Shown piece by piece: positions 22,198-34,799 of a stretch of DNA of 64,000 bases. Each line of letters begins with the position of its first letter. Position 1 is the first letter of the stretch. The position numbers and the translations under genes are program-made. The notes below the pieces were generated by a model that saw only the letters and a list, made by a program, of their open reading frames with translations, had not been told where the DNA came from and did no database searches. The DNA is from Camelus dromedarius (taxonomy: Eukaryota), in the NCBI RefSeq assembly GCF_036321535.1, contig NC_087436.1:78742001-78806000 (forward strand). The letters run 5' to 3'.

Positions 22198-24027
22198 TCT
22201 AGAGAAAAACCATTCACAGATGCTGAAAAGAAAATTGTTCATTTCTCCCTTCATAAAAGAGTTTCAAGCATTACCTTGCAGTGCTGGCTTGACTTGGAAT
22301 ACCATGGGGTTGAATTTGAAGGCTACTGCCAAAGATTTCATTATTATTTCAAAATATCATTCCAATTGGCCGGTCTAAAATCTCTTTGCATTAAGACTCT
22401 CCATTGCCACAAGTTATCTTTCAAAATCCAAGCATCCCAGGAAATGACATTGGTGATAACTGTGACTTGTTCCACTAATCTATGAGCTAGCTTGAAAGTG
22501 CTTAGAGCAAATTATGAAAAGAAAAGAAAACAAAACAAAACAAAAAACCATAAAGATACATGGCACCATCAGCTCCAGGAATAAAAGTTTATAGTTAAGC
22601 AAGGATGAGCATCTGTTATTGCCCTTAGGATAAGGAAAATATTTATTACATACCTCGATCTGTTCCTAGCCTTTTCATGAACTTAGATTCAGTAACATTT
22701 GGTCTTTGTATCACATTTTGAGAACTTTAGCACATATATCATTTGAGCCTCACAGCACCTAATCACCACTGTATTCTGGATTCTTAGTGCTGTAGATTCT
22801 TGTGAAGGGGAAGACTGAGAGGTGATACATTATCTTGTCAGTGTCTGTCTTGCTTAATTGGTTACTGAACTCATTCCGAGTGGCCAGATTACGCTGAAAC
22901 CAAATGTCGAGGATTGCTGGGGCCAGCCAGCTTTTCCTCCTGCGTGCCTCCAGGATGCCCAGCTAATCTGGCCACTGTACTGCAGAGATGCGCCTAGAAC
23001 ACAGGGGAAACAAAGCAGGAGGACACAGCCAAGTGCCGTCACTCTTGATGATCACAAAGCAGGTAAAGTGAGCACAAGAAAACCCTGCAAGATCATCGTA
23101 AGTGTGACTGTGGTAGTTCCAGAACAAAGCCTAAACATACGGTATTACTATGTTCATGCAAAAAAAAAATTACTCTACAGAATAAACTATCCCCCCCTCG
23201 AAGCAACCTGTGAAAGGCATTTGATGAGAAATACATGAATTAAGCAATCACTATAGAGACACTCTGATGTCAGTTTAAATAATCCAAACAGATTGCCTTC
23301 AGCTAATGGCAGATTATAATAAACATGCATTTCCCAAATACTTTAATATGTTTGTTCAACGTCATAACATTACCAACTGTCATTACTGTTAGCAAAACTG
23401 CTTTATCCTTTTATTTACCATGCCCGGTTTTTGAACTTCCAACTTGGGGAGCCTGCAAAATATTTATTAAATATTGTATAAATAAAAGACACAACATTAA
23501 AATTCCTATGCTTACGCCTTGAAGATTAAACTCACATTTCTAGTTCGTTAAGAGATGGGAGCTATAGTGAATCTTTGAAACATGGTGCCTCTGGGACACA
23601 TAGAAGAAAAAGTTTGGGACTTAATGCATAAGAGCTGAAATTGCAAAATTCTTTGATCTGCAAATATTACATACATGAGACTAACAATTTTTCCTTGAAA
23701 ACTTTAAGTCAGTCAGTTTATTTACTGTTACCATGGAGTTTATACATCCACATTCGCCTATCCTTTTGATGAGCTGGAGCCTGGAATGGAGTTATAGCCC
23801 TGCATTATTAAAAATCTGCCTTTGATTCAAGCAGAGAAATGAAGAAGCAGAAACTGGTATCATCGTAATTTAGACAGTGTTATTGCAACAGATCCAAGAA
23901 CTTAAAAAAAAAACATATTAATAGTGTATTTAGTTCCCTAACTGGACCTCTCCTGGTCTCCCACAGGAAGTGGGAATGGGTTCACTCCAGGAGAGGTGCT
24001 TCCATCCCAACTGGGCTAGGTTCTCAC

Positions 24028-24081
24028 ATTCGTAGTCACAATCATGGCTCGGCCGTGAAAGACGGTCTCGCCGGAATAAAC
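24028..24081 (-). other. Candidate 54-nt internal exon (exon 2)
   Basis: Branch point, U-tract, CAG acceptor and GTGAGA donor. Several CpGs retained; contains GCCATGA. Confidence 0.6.
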
Positions 24082-24289
24082 CTGACAAAAAAATCCGTTA
24101 AGTGTTTGGGATATAATAAAGTGCTGTGAAGGTATGAGAGGAGAGGAATGAGCAGAGAGAAAAGGAATATGAATTTAAAATGGTAAAAACCCCCTCGTTC
24201 TCGATTTGATTCGGTTTAAGGAGAAAATCACTCAACAGGGGCTCTCTCCATAACCCCAAAGCTAATCACTCTTTTATTGCAATGGATGG

Positions 24290-25300
24290 TCGAACAGCCT
24301 CGGTCACCCACCCACCGGCGTCTCCCCGGAGAAACTGAAAATCCCATTTCTTTCCAAGTGTGCACCCAGGAAAGGGAAGCAGGACTGTTCATTCAGAGCG
24401 GGGGTTGTGCACAGGGCAAGGCAAGTTAGTGCATCCCTCCCGGCTCCCCTGCTGCGCGAGCCGGCCTGACTCTGCTAACGGGAAAGTGATCGGCGAACGG
24501 CAGACGGACCGGGAGGCCAAACTTGGGGTCGCTTCCGACCCGAGCGCCCGGGACAACAAAAGGCCGGGGTATCGGATGGGGCGGCGAGTGGGGACACCTG
24601 TCAAAGGACAGGACCGCAGCCGCAGCCGGCGGGCGGCGCAGGGGCTCGGCGGACGGCACTGCGGCGGCGGCGGCGGCGGCGGCGGGGACGAGGCGCGCCG
24701 GCGGGGGCTCCGGGACGCCGCCAGCCACCCTCGCCTCGCCCGCGGCGTGCTTCCGCGGGGGTTCGGGAGGCGGCCGGGAGCCCGGGGCGCTCGGGGGAGG
24801 GCTCCTCAGCCGAGCAGGGCCCCGCGGCCGGGAAGACCCCGCCGCCCGAGCCCCGCTGAGGCGCCCACGGTCCCCGCCTCTGCGCCTCCGGGCTGGGCGC
24901 AGAGCCGGGCCCGACGCCCCTCGGATGCCTGGCGGCCCCGGGCGGAGGAGGGGGCGCCGCGGGCGCCGCGCCTACCTGCTCCGGTGCGGCGGGGCCGCGG
25001 TCGCCTCGCGGAGCCGTGACCTGCGGCAGCGGCGGCGGCGGCAGTCGCGGCGAGGAGGGCGCTTCCTTCAGGAAGGGGTGGGATCTGCCCGCCTGCCGCG
25101 CCGCGCCCGCCCCCGACTTATTCTGGGGTCCCCGCTGCCGGGCCTCTGGGGGAGACTGACCCCCCTCCCCGCACCCCATCCCTGGGCCTCGGGCGTCCCC
25201 CACCCCTCGGTGCCCCGCGTAGTTACCGGGGGCTGGAGCCGTGTGGGGACGGTGGAACCGCTTCTTTCCAAAGCCTTTGTGGACGCCTTTGCCTGGCGCT
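24290..25300. promoter_or_regulatory. CpG island promoter
   Basis: Very high GC and CpG density, GC boxes, inverted ETS cores CTTCC-TTCA-GGAAG (~25062-25075), GCG repeats. Confidence 0.93.
24661..24684. repeat. (GCG)8 trinucleotide repeat in the CpG island
   Basis: gcggcggcggcggcggcggcggcg read directly. Confidence 0.95.
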
Positions 25301-26379
25301 CCTCACCCAACAAAAGGAAGGACCGAGTCTGGGATCCTCCGCCTGGTAGTTCTTTATTCCTGACCCGATGTAACCTTCTGGCTGGCTCCCTTCTGTCCAC
25401 ACACCTAGGGTTTTTGCACATAGCAGCTAAGATTCATTTTCGTGCACACTGGCTGAATGCAGTTGTCCGCCACTGAGCGCTCTCCCGCGGTTTTCCTTCA
25501 TCGTGGAGAACAAACGCAGGGCCAACTTCTGACCCTGGCAATGAGCAGCGACTCCAAGGCCGTGCTCCCAGCGCCAGCTCGCTCTCTTCCTCCCAGTGTC
25601 TCGTCTCAGTCTGTTATAAAACTGTATTCATCGGCATTTTGATAGCTTTCCCCACCCCAAACTTCAGCCTACCGGTGGCACCATGTCAGTGACCTCTAGC
25701 AGCAGCGGGGATCAACGCTGTTTTTATCCCACGCTCACCGTTAACTTCTCTTCCAAACGCGGCCCTACGGGGCTCCCACGGGAGGACCTCCTTTATCAAG
25801 CTGCCTTAGGTTGACCTCCATTCTTTTAGGGGGACTCCGTACCACCTGCCTCTTCTAATCTGCTGCCTCTCAAAGCACCTTTCAAATTCTCCGCGTCAAC
25901 ATTCCAGAACTCTCCCTTCCCCCACAATATAGTATTCCCCCATAATACACTATTATGTGTATATTGACTTGTTACTGCTTTTTCCTGGCTACTAGACTGT
26001 GAGCTTCTTCAAATCTGGGATCTGGCCTCTTCTGTTTCCCTTCCCTTAAGGAATGGGACTATTAAACATCTGGTTAAAACAGCAGAAACAGAAACTTGAA
26101 TCTAAACCCCCGGCGGAATTTTGTGGGGGTTAGCCTCTGAAGATTTTTCTAAGGAGAGTGACTACAGCTTTCATCAGACTCTCAGTGATCTGTGACTCCC
26201 TCAGAGTTAAGAATTGCTTGAGGCCAGTCCATGAATTAACCCCAGCTCTGTTGTGAGGACAACCCCCTCCCCCAAGTCCATCCTTTCAATGCCATTCATT
26301 TCTCTTGCCATGACTGAAGTTACCCTCTGGCTACACCTGCTTCCAATACATTCTTTTAAAACTTCTGGATCCATCCAAT

Positions 26380-26535
26380 TAGTGGTCTCTCAAAACTCTG
26401 CATATCTGAATCACCAATGGGAGCTTTAAAAAATACAAATGCTTGGGTCTACCGCAGGCCCCCTAAGTCAGAACCTGAGGATGGGGAGTGGTGAGGGGAG
26501 AGGAGGGACTTGGACATGGGTATTTTTACAAAGAG
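26380..26535. mobile_element. MER5-like hAT-Charlie fragment
   Basis: agtggtctctcaaa...tgaatcacc...gggagctttaaaaaatacaaatgcttggg. Confidence 0.7.
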
Positions 26536-29500
26536 CAACAGGTGATTCCTGACAAACCCATGGCTGAGTCACTTCCTTTCTTGGGAAAAGCGTTCTCTAT
26601 TTGTAATATGTCCTTACTTTTCCTTTCCTTTATGGAAGGTTTCCTTGTACTGTGATTAATTTATTTGAGCATTTTCATTTTCACTTAGAGCCAGGTCCAC
26701 TTTTTTCTTAAGAAATAAACTTGTTGGTAGGCCCAGTGCCATTTGTCAGCAGCAGTAAATCATTGCCACCTTCATCTCTAAAATGTCCATTCAAATCAAC
26801 TCAAAGAGTAAAATAAATTACATTCCGGCGGTGATATTGACAGCTGAAATAACGTGTTAAAATGCTGGCCATGAAGGAGAGTTGGTTGCTATAAGCTGAT
26901 TCCATTAATGTCATGAGAGTTCTAGTGAAGCTTCAAGAGAACTGAAGACAAACAAAACATAAGTTTATCCACACTTTGAAATTTCTTTTGTTGGTCTTGG
27001 TATCCCACCCATTAAAATCATTCACCATGTGCTCAATACAATTTTAGATATATTAAATCATGTGTGGGTGTAAGAGCAAAATACAATGAATATAAAGGTC
27101 CATCCTGTATTCTAAACTGATCTGTTGACAGTATTCCAAAATGCTTTAGGCTTTGAGGAAAGTGCCAAGTACAGGACAAACAGGGTTTAAGGTCTGGAAA
27201 TAAGAGCCGAGCCACAAACTTTGTGGGTAGGATGGCAATCAGTACGCAGGACAGAATCATTCCTCAGGACCACAGTGAGACACCATGGTGCTCTACCAAG
27301 TCCACTGCCCCAACTCACAGCACAGGCATCCATCCATCTGAGTTGGGGTGGTGGCTTTTCTGATATAAGTGGCCTTGTTATCTAACTGAAACCGCTAGAG
27401 AATATTTAGAATTACAAAGAAATTCTGTATTCTCTTATTTCCTTTCTCTTGGGGTAGCCAATTTGTTATTGTTTAAGATTCAAATCACTTCCCTTATTGG
27501 CAAAACAGACTTGAGAAGCACAACTCATAAATAACACTCCCAGGATTCTGAGAATCCCTGCTGCTGGTCAAATTGCAGTGAATCTCGTTATAATAATAAT
27601 CTCTGTGTAACAAAATCATCGCCAGCCCTTATCCAACCCCTGGTAATTCAGGTAATCTCTGGTAAACAACAAAACCATACAAAGTTCATTGAGATGGCAT
27701 TTGATCTTTATCAACATCTACCTATCAAAGAAAACCTCATGGGGTATTTGGAAAGTAGACAAGAATACATTAGGTAATGGGATGTCAACTGGCAGTTAAC
27801 ATATTGTTTCCATCTTGACAGAGGCCCCAGATAATAGTCACCAACCACTCTCACATTCCAAACAATGTGCAGGACCACCAAGTAGGACTTGCAAAGCAGT
27901 GCTCCCTTAACCTCTCACTTACCTTGAAGGGTATAAAAGGGTTGAGGTGGAGGCTGCCGAGGCTGCTGTGGATTAAGAAAGGTTTCTATGGAAGGAGTTG
28001 CAGGTTTTCTTCTAAGAAGTCCCTTCTATACAACCCACTCCCCACAGGAGGAGGGCAAAGGGGGCTCATCCCTCACTTTGAGTCTGATGAGAGGGACTTC
28101 AGGCCAGTCTCTTGGAGAGCTTGGGATATGTCCCCTGCAGTTTGGGGAATGCCATGGACTGGTGTTTGGCTCATGCCTGAGAAATCTAAAGGGCCAGAGT
28201 TGGCAAAAGTGGCCTGAACGCAGGGTAGGGATTCTGGTGGGGGAAGTAATTTACTCCCACGGAAGGCAAATCTAAGATAGTGAGACAAACAGTGTGGGCT
28301 TGACTTTGATCTAACTGAGAGGACTGCTTAGAAGGGCGAAGAGACCTCAGCAGAAAGGAGCCAGAGACTTGCCCCCTGGATGCCCCGGGCCGCAGGGTGG
28401 GGGAGAGAATCTAAGGCAACCAGTCAGAGGCAAAATGAACGTGCCTGTGCCAAGGAAGCGGGTGGTGAGAGATTCCGCAGCAGAGTGGTGGTGATGAGGG
28501 TGGTTCTGACAAACCCATAAAAGCACCAATGAGAAGAAGTGCCATCTTCACGGCAGAGGAAGCCATGCCAGCTACAGCCAGCTTTCTGCCTCTTAGTCTG
28601 TCTCCCCCATCTTAGTCCCAGAGGAGTTGAACAGCCTCCTGCATGTACCAGGAGGGGAGAAGCACTGGGCTGGAAGAAACACAGAGAGCCTACCATTACT
28701 CCCCTTTGCCACTGAAGTGTGGGGTTTTCGATTATTACACTATATCAAACATATTAATTACTGAAGTAAGAATATATTTTTGACTGCAAGGAACCAGAGG
28801 CATTTTTATTATCTCAGAGTGACCCCAAAAGTCATAGCAACTACACATCACTTTATCCAAGGGGCAGGAAAACAACTAGCCCCACCGTGCAGGTCTGAAC
28901 AGGCTCGACAAAAGGGCAGAAAGCTGCTTTCTGATTACACCACGAGTCCCGCTGGGTCAATAGATCAGCTATATATTCAAATATAATGTGTTCCATATTG
29001 TACCTTGAAACCTCTGGGGATGTCTCATGCTAGTATCGTACCTGAATTACAAACAAATTCTACTTGTCAAGAAACCCTGTTCATGAGTAATAAATTATAA
29101 TGTAAGATTTCCAACAAGAAAGAAGTAAGGATACTGGATTAAAAGATCAAAATGGATCTAAATCTTGGTTTAACCTTTTCTTACATAGCTGGTTGCCATG
29201 GTTTCCTCATCTAGGGGGCTGGGATTAGATAAAGGGTCTCCTGCAGGCGGAAAAGTTTGGGTTTTTAAAATGTCTACAGCCACATCCAGCATGCCCTAGA
29301 TCAGCATGCCCAATTATTTCTTTGGGGTCTGCTCCACCGGACCAGCAGCCCTCAGACCAGCATAGCTGGTATTAAAGTAGGGCAGTACTTTGGAGGGATG
29401 AAGGAGAAATTCTTCTGAAACGCAGACGGACGACTGCCGGGGTGTCTTCCTTTGTGGCCAATGTGTGGCTGAGGTTGATACAACTACCTTGGTGACGGTT

Positions 29501-31464
29501 TCCACATGATGCACTTGGCAATTGTGATCTGAGAATCCCCAAGCACTTTCCTGTGTCCTCTCAAGTGCTAGGTATGATCATCCCCGCTCTCCTCTTCCAG
29601 TGGGAAAACAGTTGCAACGAGGTCTGTGGCTGGTGCTCTGAGAGAGAACCTCAATTAAACATTCCACATTCTGAAGTTCACTCTATCCCCATTTTCCTCA
29701 CGTGAACTATGAGACTGTCGTTTGCTACAAGAGAACAAACCAAAAGAGTGTGAACAGTTCTGATGTCAATCCCTTCTCGTTTGACCTTTTGTCAACGTGC
29801 ATTGAGTTATGGAAGGCATCCATTATTTATCTGATAAAAACAAAGACAAAAAACAACCAGAGAGCTAAAGATGAATTATTTTATGGTATGATATTGTTTT
29901 TGTCACAAATGACTGCTTTTGAGGGATTTTTGAAGATGATTCTTATTCAGACTTTTAAAGTTCTAGCTAGGAAATGTTGCTTCAGCCCTCGAGTTATGTT
30001 GTCCCACTCCGCCGTCTGCCCTAGCTTCTTCCCTGAGAGGTCGCCTTGACCAGCAACTAAAAAATCAACAGGGATGGAGGAAAGGGCGTCCTGGTTGGGT
30101 GCACAGCCAGTGTCTGAAGGCTGAGGCCCACTCTGCACTGATTGCTAAATATTTTAAATATCACCCCTGGATGGAGGCTCAACTTCTCTCCACCAAAAAA
30201 AAAAATCTTTCTATCTTTCTATAATTCTTCCCCTGTCCGAAGATGAAGTTCCTCACTTTATTTCCACGCGTAACTCCACCTGTTGTTATTCTTTATCCTG
30301 TCCACTCCCAAGACTCCCTCCCTGTCAACTGGATCTTCCCCTTAGCCTACAAATGTGGGCATATTTCCTCCACTCTAAAAACGGCTTCCCAAGATCCTGC
30401 TTTCTCAGTCAAGCTCCTATTTCATTCCTTCCCTTCCCATTGATGAGAAACTTCCCCAAAGCATAGTTTTCACGTGCTACTTCTTCATTAGTCGGGTCTT
30501 TGATTTACTCTCAGCCCTCAGCCATCTGGATCCCACACCCACTCTGTTGAAAATGCACCCTTGTTGACTCACAAGGAATGAGCTTCCAGGCACCAAGTTC
30601 CGCTGATTGCTGTACGAACTTCTGCTCCATCTCCCTGTCCTCCTTGAAGCTCACTGCTCCTTCTCTTCCTGGGATATCGTTGCAGTCTCCTAGATGTCCC
30701 TCTTCCTCACATATTCCTTCACAGGAATGCTCTGTATGGGGATGTGGTCCTCAGTATCCTGCCCATGGTCCTCTCTCTTCTAACACTGTGATCTCTCTCT
30801 GTGTAACATTTTTTCTTTCAGACGACTCCGTAAATCATTCATCCATCACGGGTCTCCACCTGATGAGCTAGCGAGTACCTTCAACTCAAAACCAAATTCT
30901 AGGGACATCTCCTTACTTACAGCCTGAAATCTTGGATTAATAACAATTCCTCTTCTCTTTGATCTCATCTTCACTCAGCAGCTAAGTCCTATTTCTTGCT
31001 CTTACTTTTACAGTGTCTTAGAAATCTGTCTCCTTTTCATTTCTACTGCTTTAGGGAAAGCCCTCATCAGCTTGAGTGCCTTATTTCTTTTTTCTGCCTC
31101 CACTCTCCTGTTCAACAATTTCCTTTCTCACTGTCCCCCAGTCTCTTTTTAAATGATTTTATTTTCTTTATTTCACTTTTTAAAAAAGATATATGTTCCT
31201 ATTTGCTCAATTAAAAAGTGAAAATAATCCAAATATATATAAAGAAAAAGTTAACAATCTCCCACTGCCTCCAACCCCTCCCTTCCTATCTCTCAGTATT
31301 AACAGCCTGGTATGTATCCTTTGGAAATTTTTTTATTCTCATATAAACATATGTTCACATTTTAACATAAAAATGGAGTCAAAATGTATATATTACTTTA
31401 GAACTCTCTCTTCTCACTTAAAAATATATCAGAGACATCCTTCCAAAACAATGGATATAAAGCT

Positions 31465-34400
31465 AACTCACTTTTTAAAAAAATCACAGCTTCATTGAGA
31501 TGTAGTTTGTATACCATACAATTCATTCATTTAAAATATACAAGTCAATGATTTTTAGTATCTTCAGAATCACACAACTATCACCATAATCAATTTTAGA
31601 ACATTTTCATCACCTCAAAAAGGAATCTCATATTCATTATCAGTTATTCATCACTTTCCCCAGCTCCTCCCCCTGCTCCTTGCAACTACTAATCTACTTT
31701 CTGTCTCTGTGTTCATTCTGAATATGCCATATAAATGGAATCATAATATGTGGTCTTTTGTGTCTAGATTCTTTCACTTAGGATATTTTCAAGGTTCATT
31801 TATGTTGTAGCATCTATCAATACTTAATTCTTTTTTGTGACCAAATAGTATTCCATTGAATGGATATTTCTTTTTATTTATTATTATTTTATTTATTTGT
31901 CTTTTGATCAGTATTTGGATTGTTCCTACCTTTTGGCTATTATGACTAATACTGCTATTAACATAAGTGTACAAGTTTTTGGGAGGATATATATTTTTAT
32001 TTCTCTTAGGTATATAACTAGGACTAAAATGTTGGTGTCATAGTAAATATATTTAATCTTTTGAGGAACTACCAGGCTGTTTTCCAAAGTAACTATACCA
32101 TTTTGCATTACCACTAGCATTATGTGAGTGTGTGGAGAAATTGGAAATTGGTGTCACGTATCAGATTGCCTAACCAAGGCCACAAGGTTTAATCCTATAT
32201 TTTCTTCCAATAGCTTTATAGTATTAGCTCTTATAATTAGACCTTTGGTTCATTTTGAGTTACTTTATGTGTATGGTATTAGAAAGGAGTCCAACTTCAT
32301 CTTTTGCATGTAGGTATCCAGTTGTCTCAGCACCATTTGTTGAAAAGATTATTCTTTCTTCCATTAAGTTGTCTTGGCACCCTTGTTGAAAATCAATTAA
32401 CTGTAAATATGAGGGTTTATTTCTGGATTTTCAATTCTATTCCATCCACCTATATGTCTATCCTTATGCCAGTACCACACTTTCTTATTTGATGTAGTAA
32501 GTTTTGAAATCAAGACTTGTGACTTTTCCAACTTTGTTCTTTTTAAAGATTTTTTTTTGAGGGGAATATTCTGGGTCCTTCTATTTTCATATAAATTCTT
32601 GAATCAGTTTGTCAATTTCTGCAAAGCTGCCAGCTGCTATCTTAATAGAGATTGCATTGAACCCATAGATAAATTGAGGGGATGTTGCCATCTTAACAAT
32701 ATTTGGTTTTCCAATCCATGAACATGGGATATCTTTCCATTTATCTAACTCTTCTTTAATATCTTTCAACAATGCTTTGTAGTTTTCAGAGTATAAGTTT
32801 GCATTATTTTTGTTAAATTTATTTAATTATGTTGAACATAATTAGCCATTGGGAAAATGCTAATCAAAACTGCAAAGAGATTTTGATTAGTGTTTTCTAA
32901 CTTTTCTAATTTTTTTCCACTTCAGTCACTAGTATGGCTATAATTTAAAGAATCAATTAAAAAAAAAAAACAGACAATAGCAAGTATCTACTCTTTTGAT
33001 GCTATTATAAATGAGTTGCATTCTTAATTTCATTTTTCCCAGCCCATTCATCCTTTTTCTTCCCAAAGCACAAGTTTCTGTGAGCCAGCACTGGTCTGGC
33101 AAATCCCACCACTCTCACGGAAATGTAAAGAAAAAACCACACTTCGCCACATGTCTCCTCTATTCTCAATACACTCCTACAGCACTTCCTCACTGTTGAT
33201 AGCAGATGGGTGGGTTTTCCACACAACAAACAGTTCTCTGACACCAGCTGAGGGTCACTATCTATTCTGATAGATGGATATACCTGGAGATACTATTAGA
33301 TCTCATATATTAAGGGTTTAGTGCCACGAGAAAGTCCCCTCTCCCTACTTCAGATGCCCACTTCAAGTCCAGGTTATTACCTGTGCTTCTCACCAAAAAG
33401 CTCTAGATTAGAGATTCTAACAACAGCCTCCTCAGGTTCAGTTAATTTGATGGATCTTCTCATAGAACTCAGGAAAAGAGTTTACTTACTAGATTATTGG
33501 TTATTATGAAAGGATATATCTCAGGAACAGCCACATGGAAGAGACATACAAAGCAAAGTATGGAGGAAAGGGCATGCCACTCTCCCAGCACCTTCGAGTG
33601 TACACCAACCTGGAAGCTCTCCCAGCCCTGCCCTTTGGCTTCATTACATATGCACGACTGATTAAATCACCGGTCATTGGTGATTGATTCAACCTCCAGT
33701 CCCTCTCCTCTCCAAAGAGATGTGGAGGTGGGACTGAGAGTTTCAATCCACTAGTCACATGGTTGGTTCCCCTGGTAACCAATCTCCATCCTCAGGGGCT
33801 TTCCAAAAGTCACCTCATTAACATAAATTTGGGTGTGGTTGAAAGGGGCTTGTTTTGACAGCAAAAGACACCTTTACCACTCTTACCACTTAGGAAATTC
33901 CCAGGATTTTAGAAGCAATGTTCCAGGAGCAGTGGATGAAAACCAAATATATATTTCTTATTATAAATCACAATATAATAGACAGTTTATAAAAATATAA
34001 TTTATTTTTGTACTTTGATCTTGTAACCAACAACCATGTTGAACTTGCCCTGACTGAACCCCCAGTATAATGCTGAATAGAAGCAACAAGAGCAGACATT
34101 CTCATCTTGCTCCTGATCTTAGAAAACACTCGGACTTTCCTTTTTGAATATTGATGTTGGCTCTGGGCTTCTTGTAGATGGCCTTTATCAGGCTGAGGAA
34201 GTTCTCTTCTGTTCCTAGTTTTCTGAGTGCTTTTTTTAATGAAGCGTGTTGGATTTTGTAAAATCTTATCTACTGAAATGATCATATCATTCTTGTTCTT
34301 TATTAACGTGATGTATTATATTAATTAATTTTTGTGAGTTAAATAAGCCTTGTGTTCCTGGAATAAATACCACTTGGTTGTGATGTATAATCCTTTGAAT

Positions 34401-34540
34401 ACACTGCTGGATTAGGTTTGCTAGTATGTTGTTGAAGATTTTTGTATCTATACTTTTAAAAGATACTGGTCAGCATTTGTCTTTTCTTGTGATGTCTTTG
34501 TCTGGGTTTGGTATTGAGGTAATACTGGCATCAAAAAATA
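31465..34540 (-). mobile_element. L1 (L1MB-like) ORF2/3'UTR, interrupted by an LTR and internally rearranged
   Basis: ORF 32587..32772 translates as L1 ORF2 (IKEELDKWKDIPCSWIGKPNIVKMA...FNAISIKI); L1 3'UTR text at 31470-32120. Confidence 0.9.
33124..33980 (-). mobile_element. Solo LTR (MER21-like)
   Basis: gacaccagctg...tagaactcaggaaa...caacctggaagctctc...tgattaaatca..ggtcattggtgattga...aaatatatatttcttattataaatcacaatat. Confidence 0.8.
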
Positions 34541-34754
34541 ATTAAGCTAAGTCATTTTTAACAGATATAAAACATTATTAAATATTTTATAATTTGTATG
34601 TATCAATTTATTTAACTGTAGCCCTATTTGTAAACATTTAGTTTTCCTTTTTTGTGTATGCCGCTATTAGCAATGTGTTGGACATATATATTTATGTACT
34701 TAGGCTTTTATTTTTGAAAGATATTCCTAAATGTGAGATTTCTGATTCAAGATG

Positions 34755-34799
34755 TATATATATATATATATATACACATATATATATATATATATATAT
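34755..34799. repeat. (TA)n microsatellite
   Basis: Interrupted TA run read directly. Confidence 0.95.

Larger units (their letters stand above)
18437..25075 (-). ncRNA. Unidentified spliced transcript (lncRNA or microprotein gene) from the CpG island
   Basis: Donor CAG|GTAGGC at 24976. Exon 24028-24081 has branch point CTTAAC, acceptor TTTTTTTGTCAG and donor AAT|GTGAGA. Acceptor CCCCTGTGTTCTAG at 22993; donor AAG|GTAATG at 22275; weak acceptor (CTAAC...TTTAAG) at 19531. Repeat-free AT-rich tail with AATAAA at 19046-19051 and 18437-18442. Ends are approximate. Confidence 0.55.

Noticed and set aside
22860..23000. snoRNA/scaRNA or SECIS
   Set aside because: No properly placed C/D or H/ACA boxes, no SECIS AUGA/GA core with apical AA, and no selenoprotein ORF.
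24028..24081. VYSGETVFHGRAMIVTT resembles a P-type ATPase actuator segment
   Set aside because: Only 18 residues; neighbouring exons show no ATPase motifs, so probably chance.
24360..25476. Long ORFs of 219, 317 and 200 aa over the CpG island
   Set aside because: They overlap on both strands and are Arg/Gly/Pro/Ala low complexity. Stop depletion is expected at this GC content, and there is no recognisable domain.
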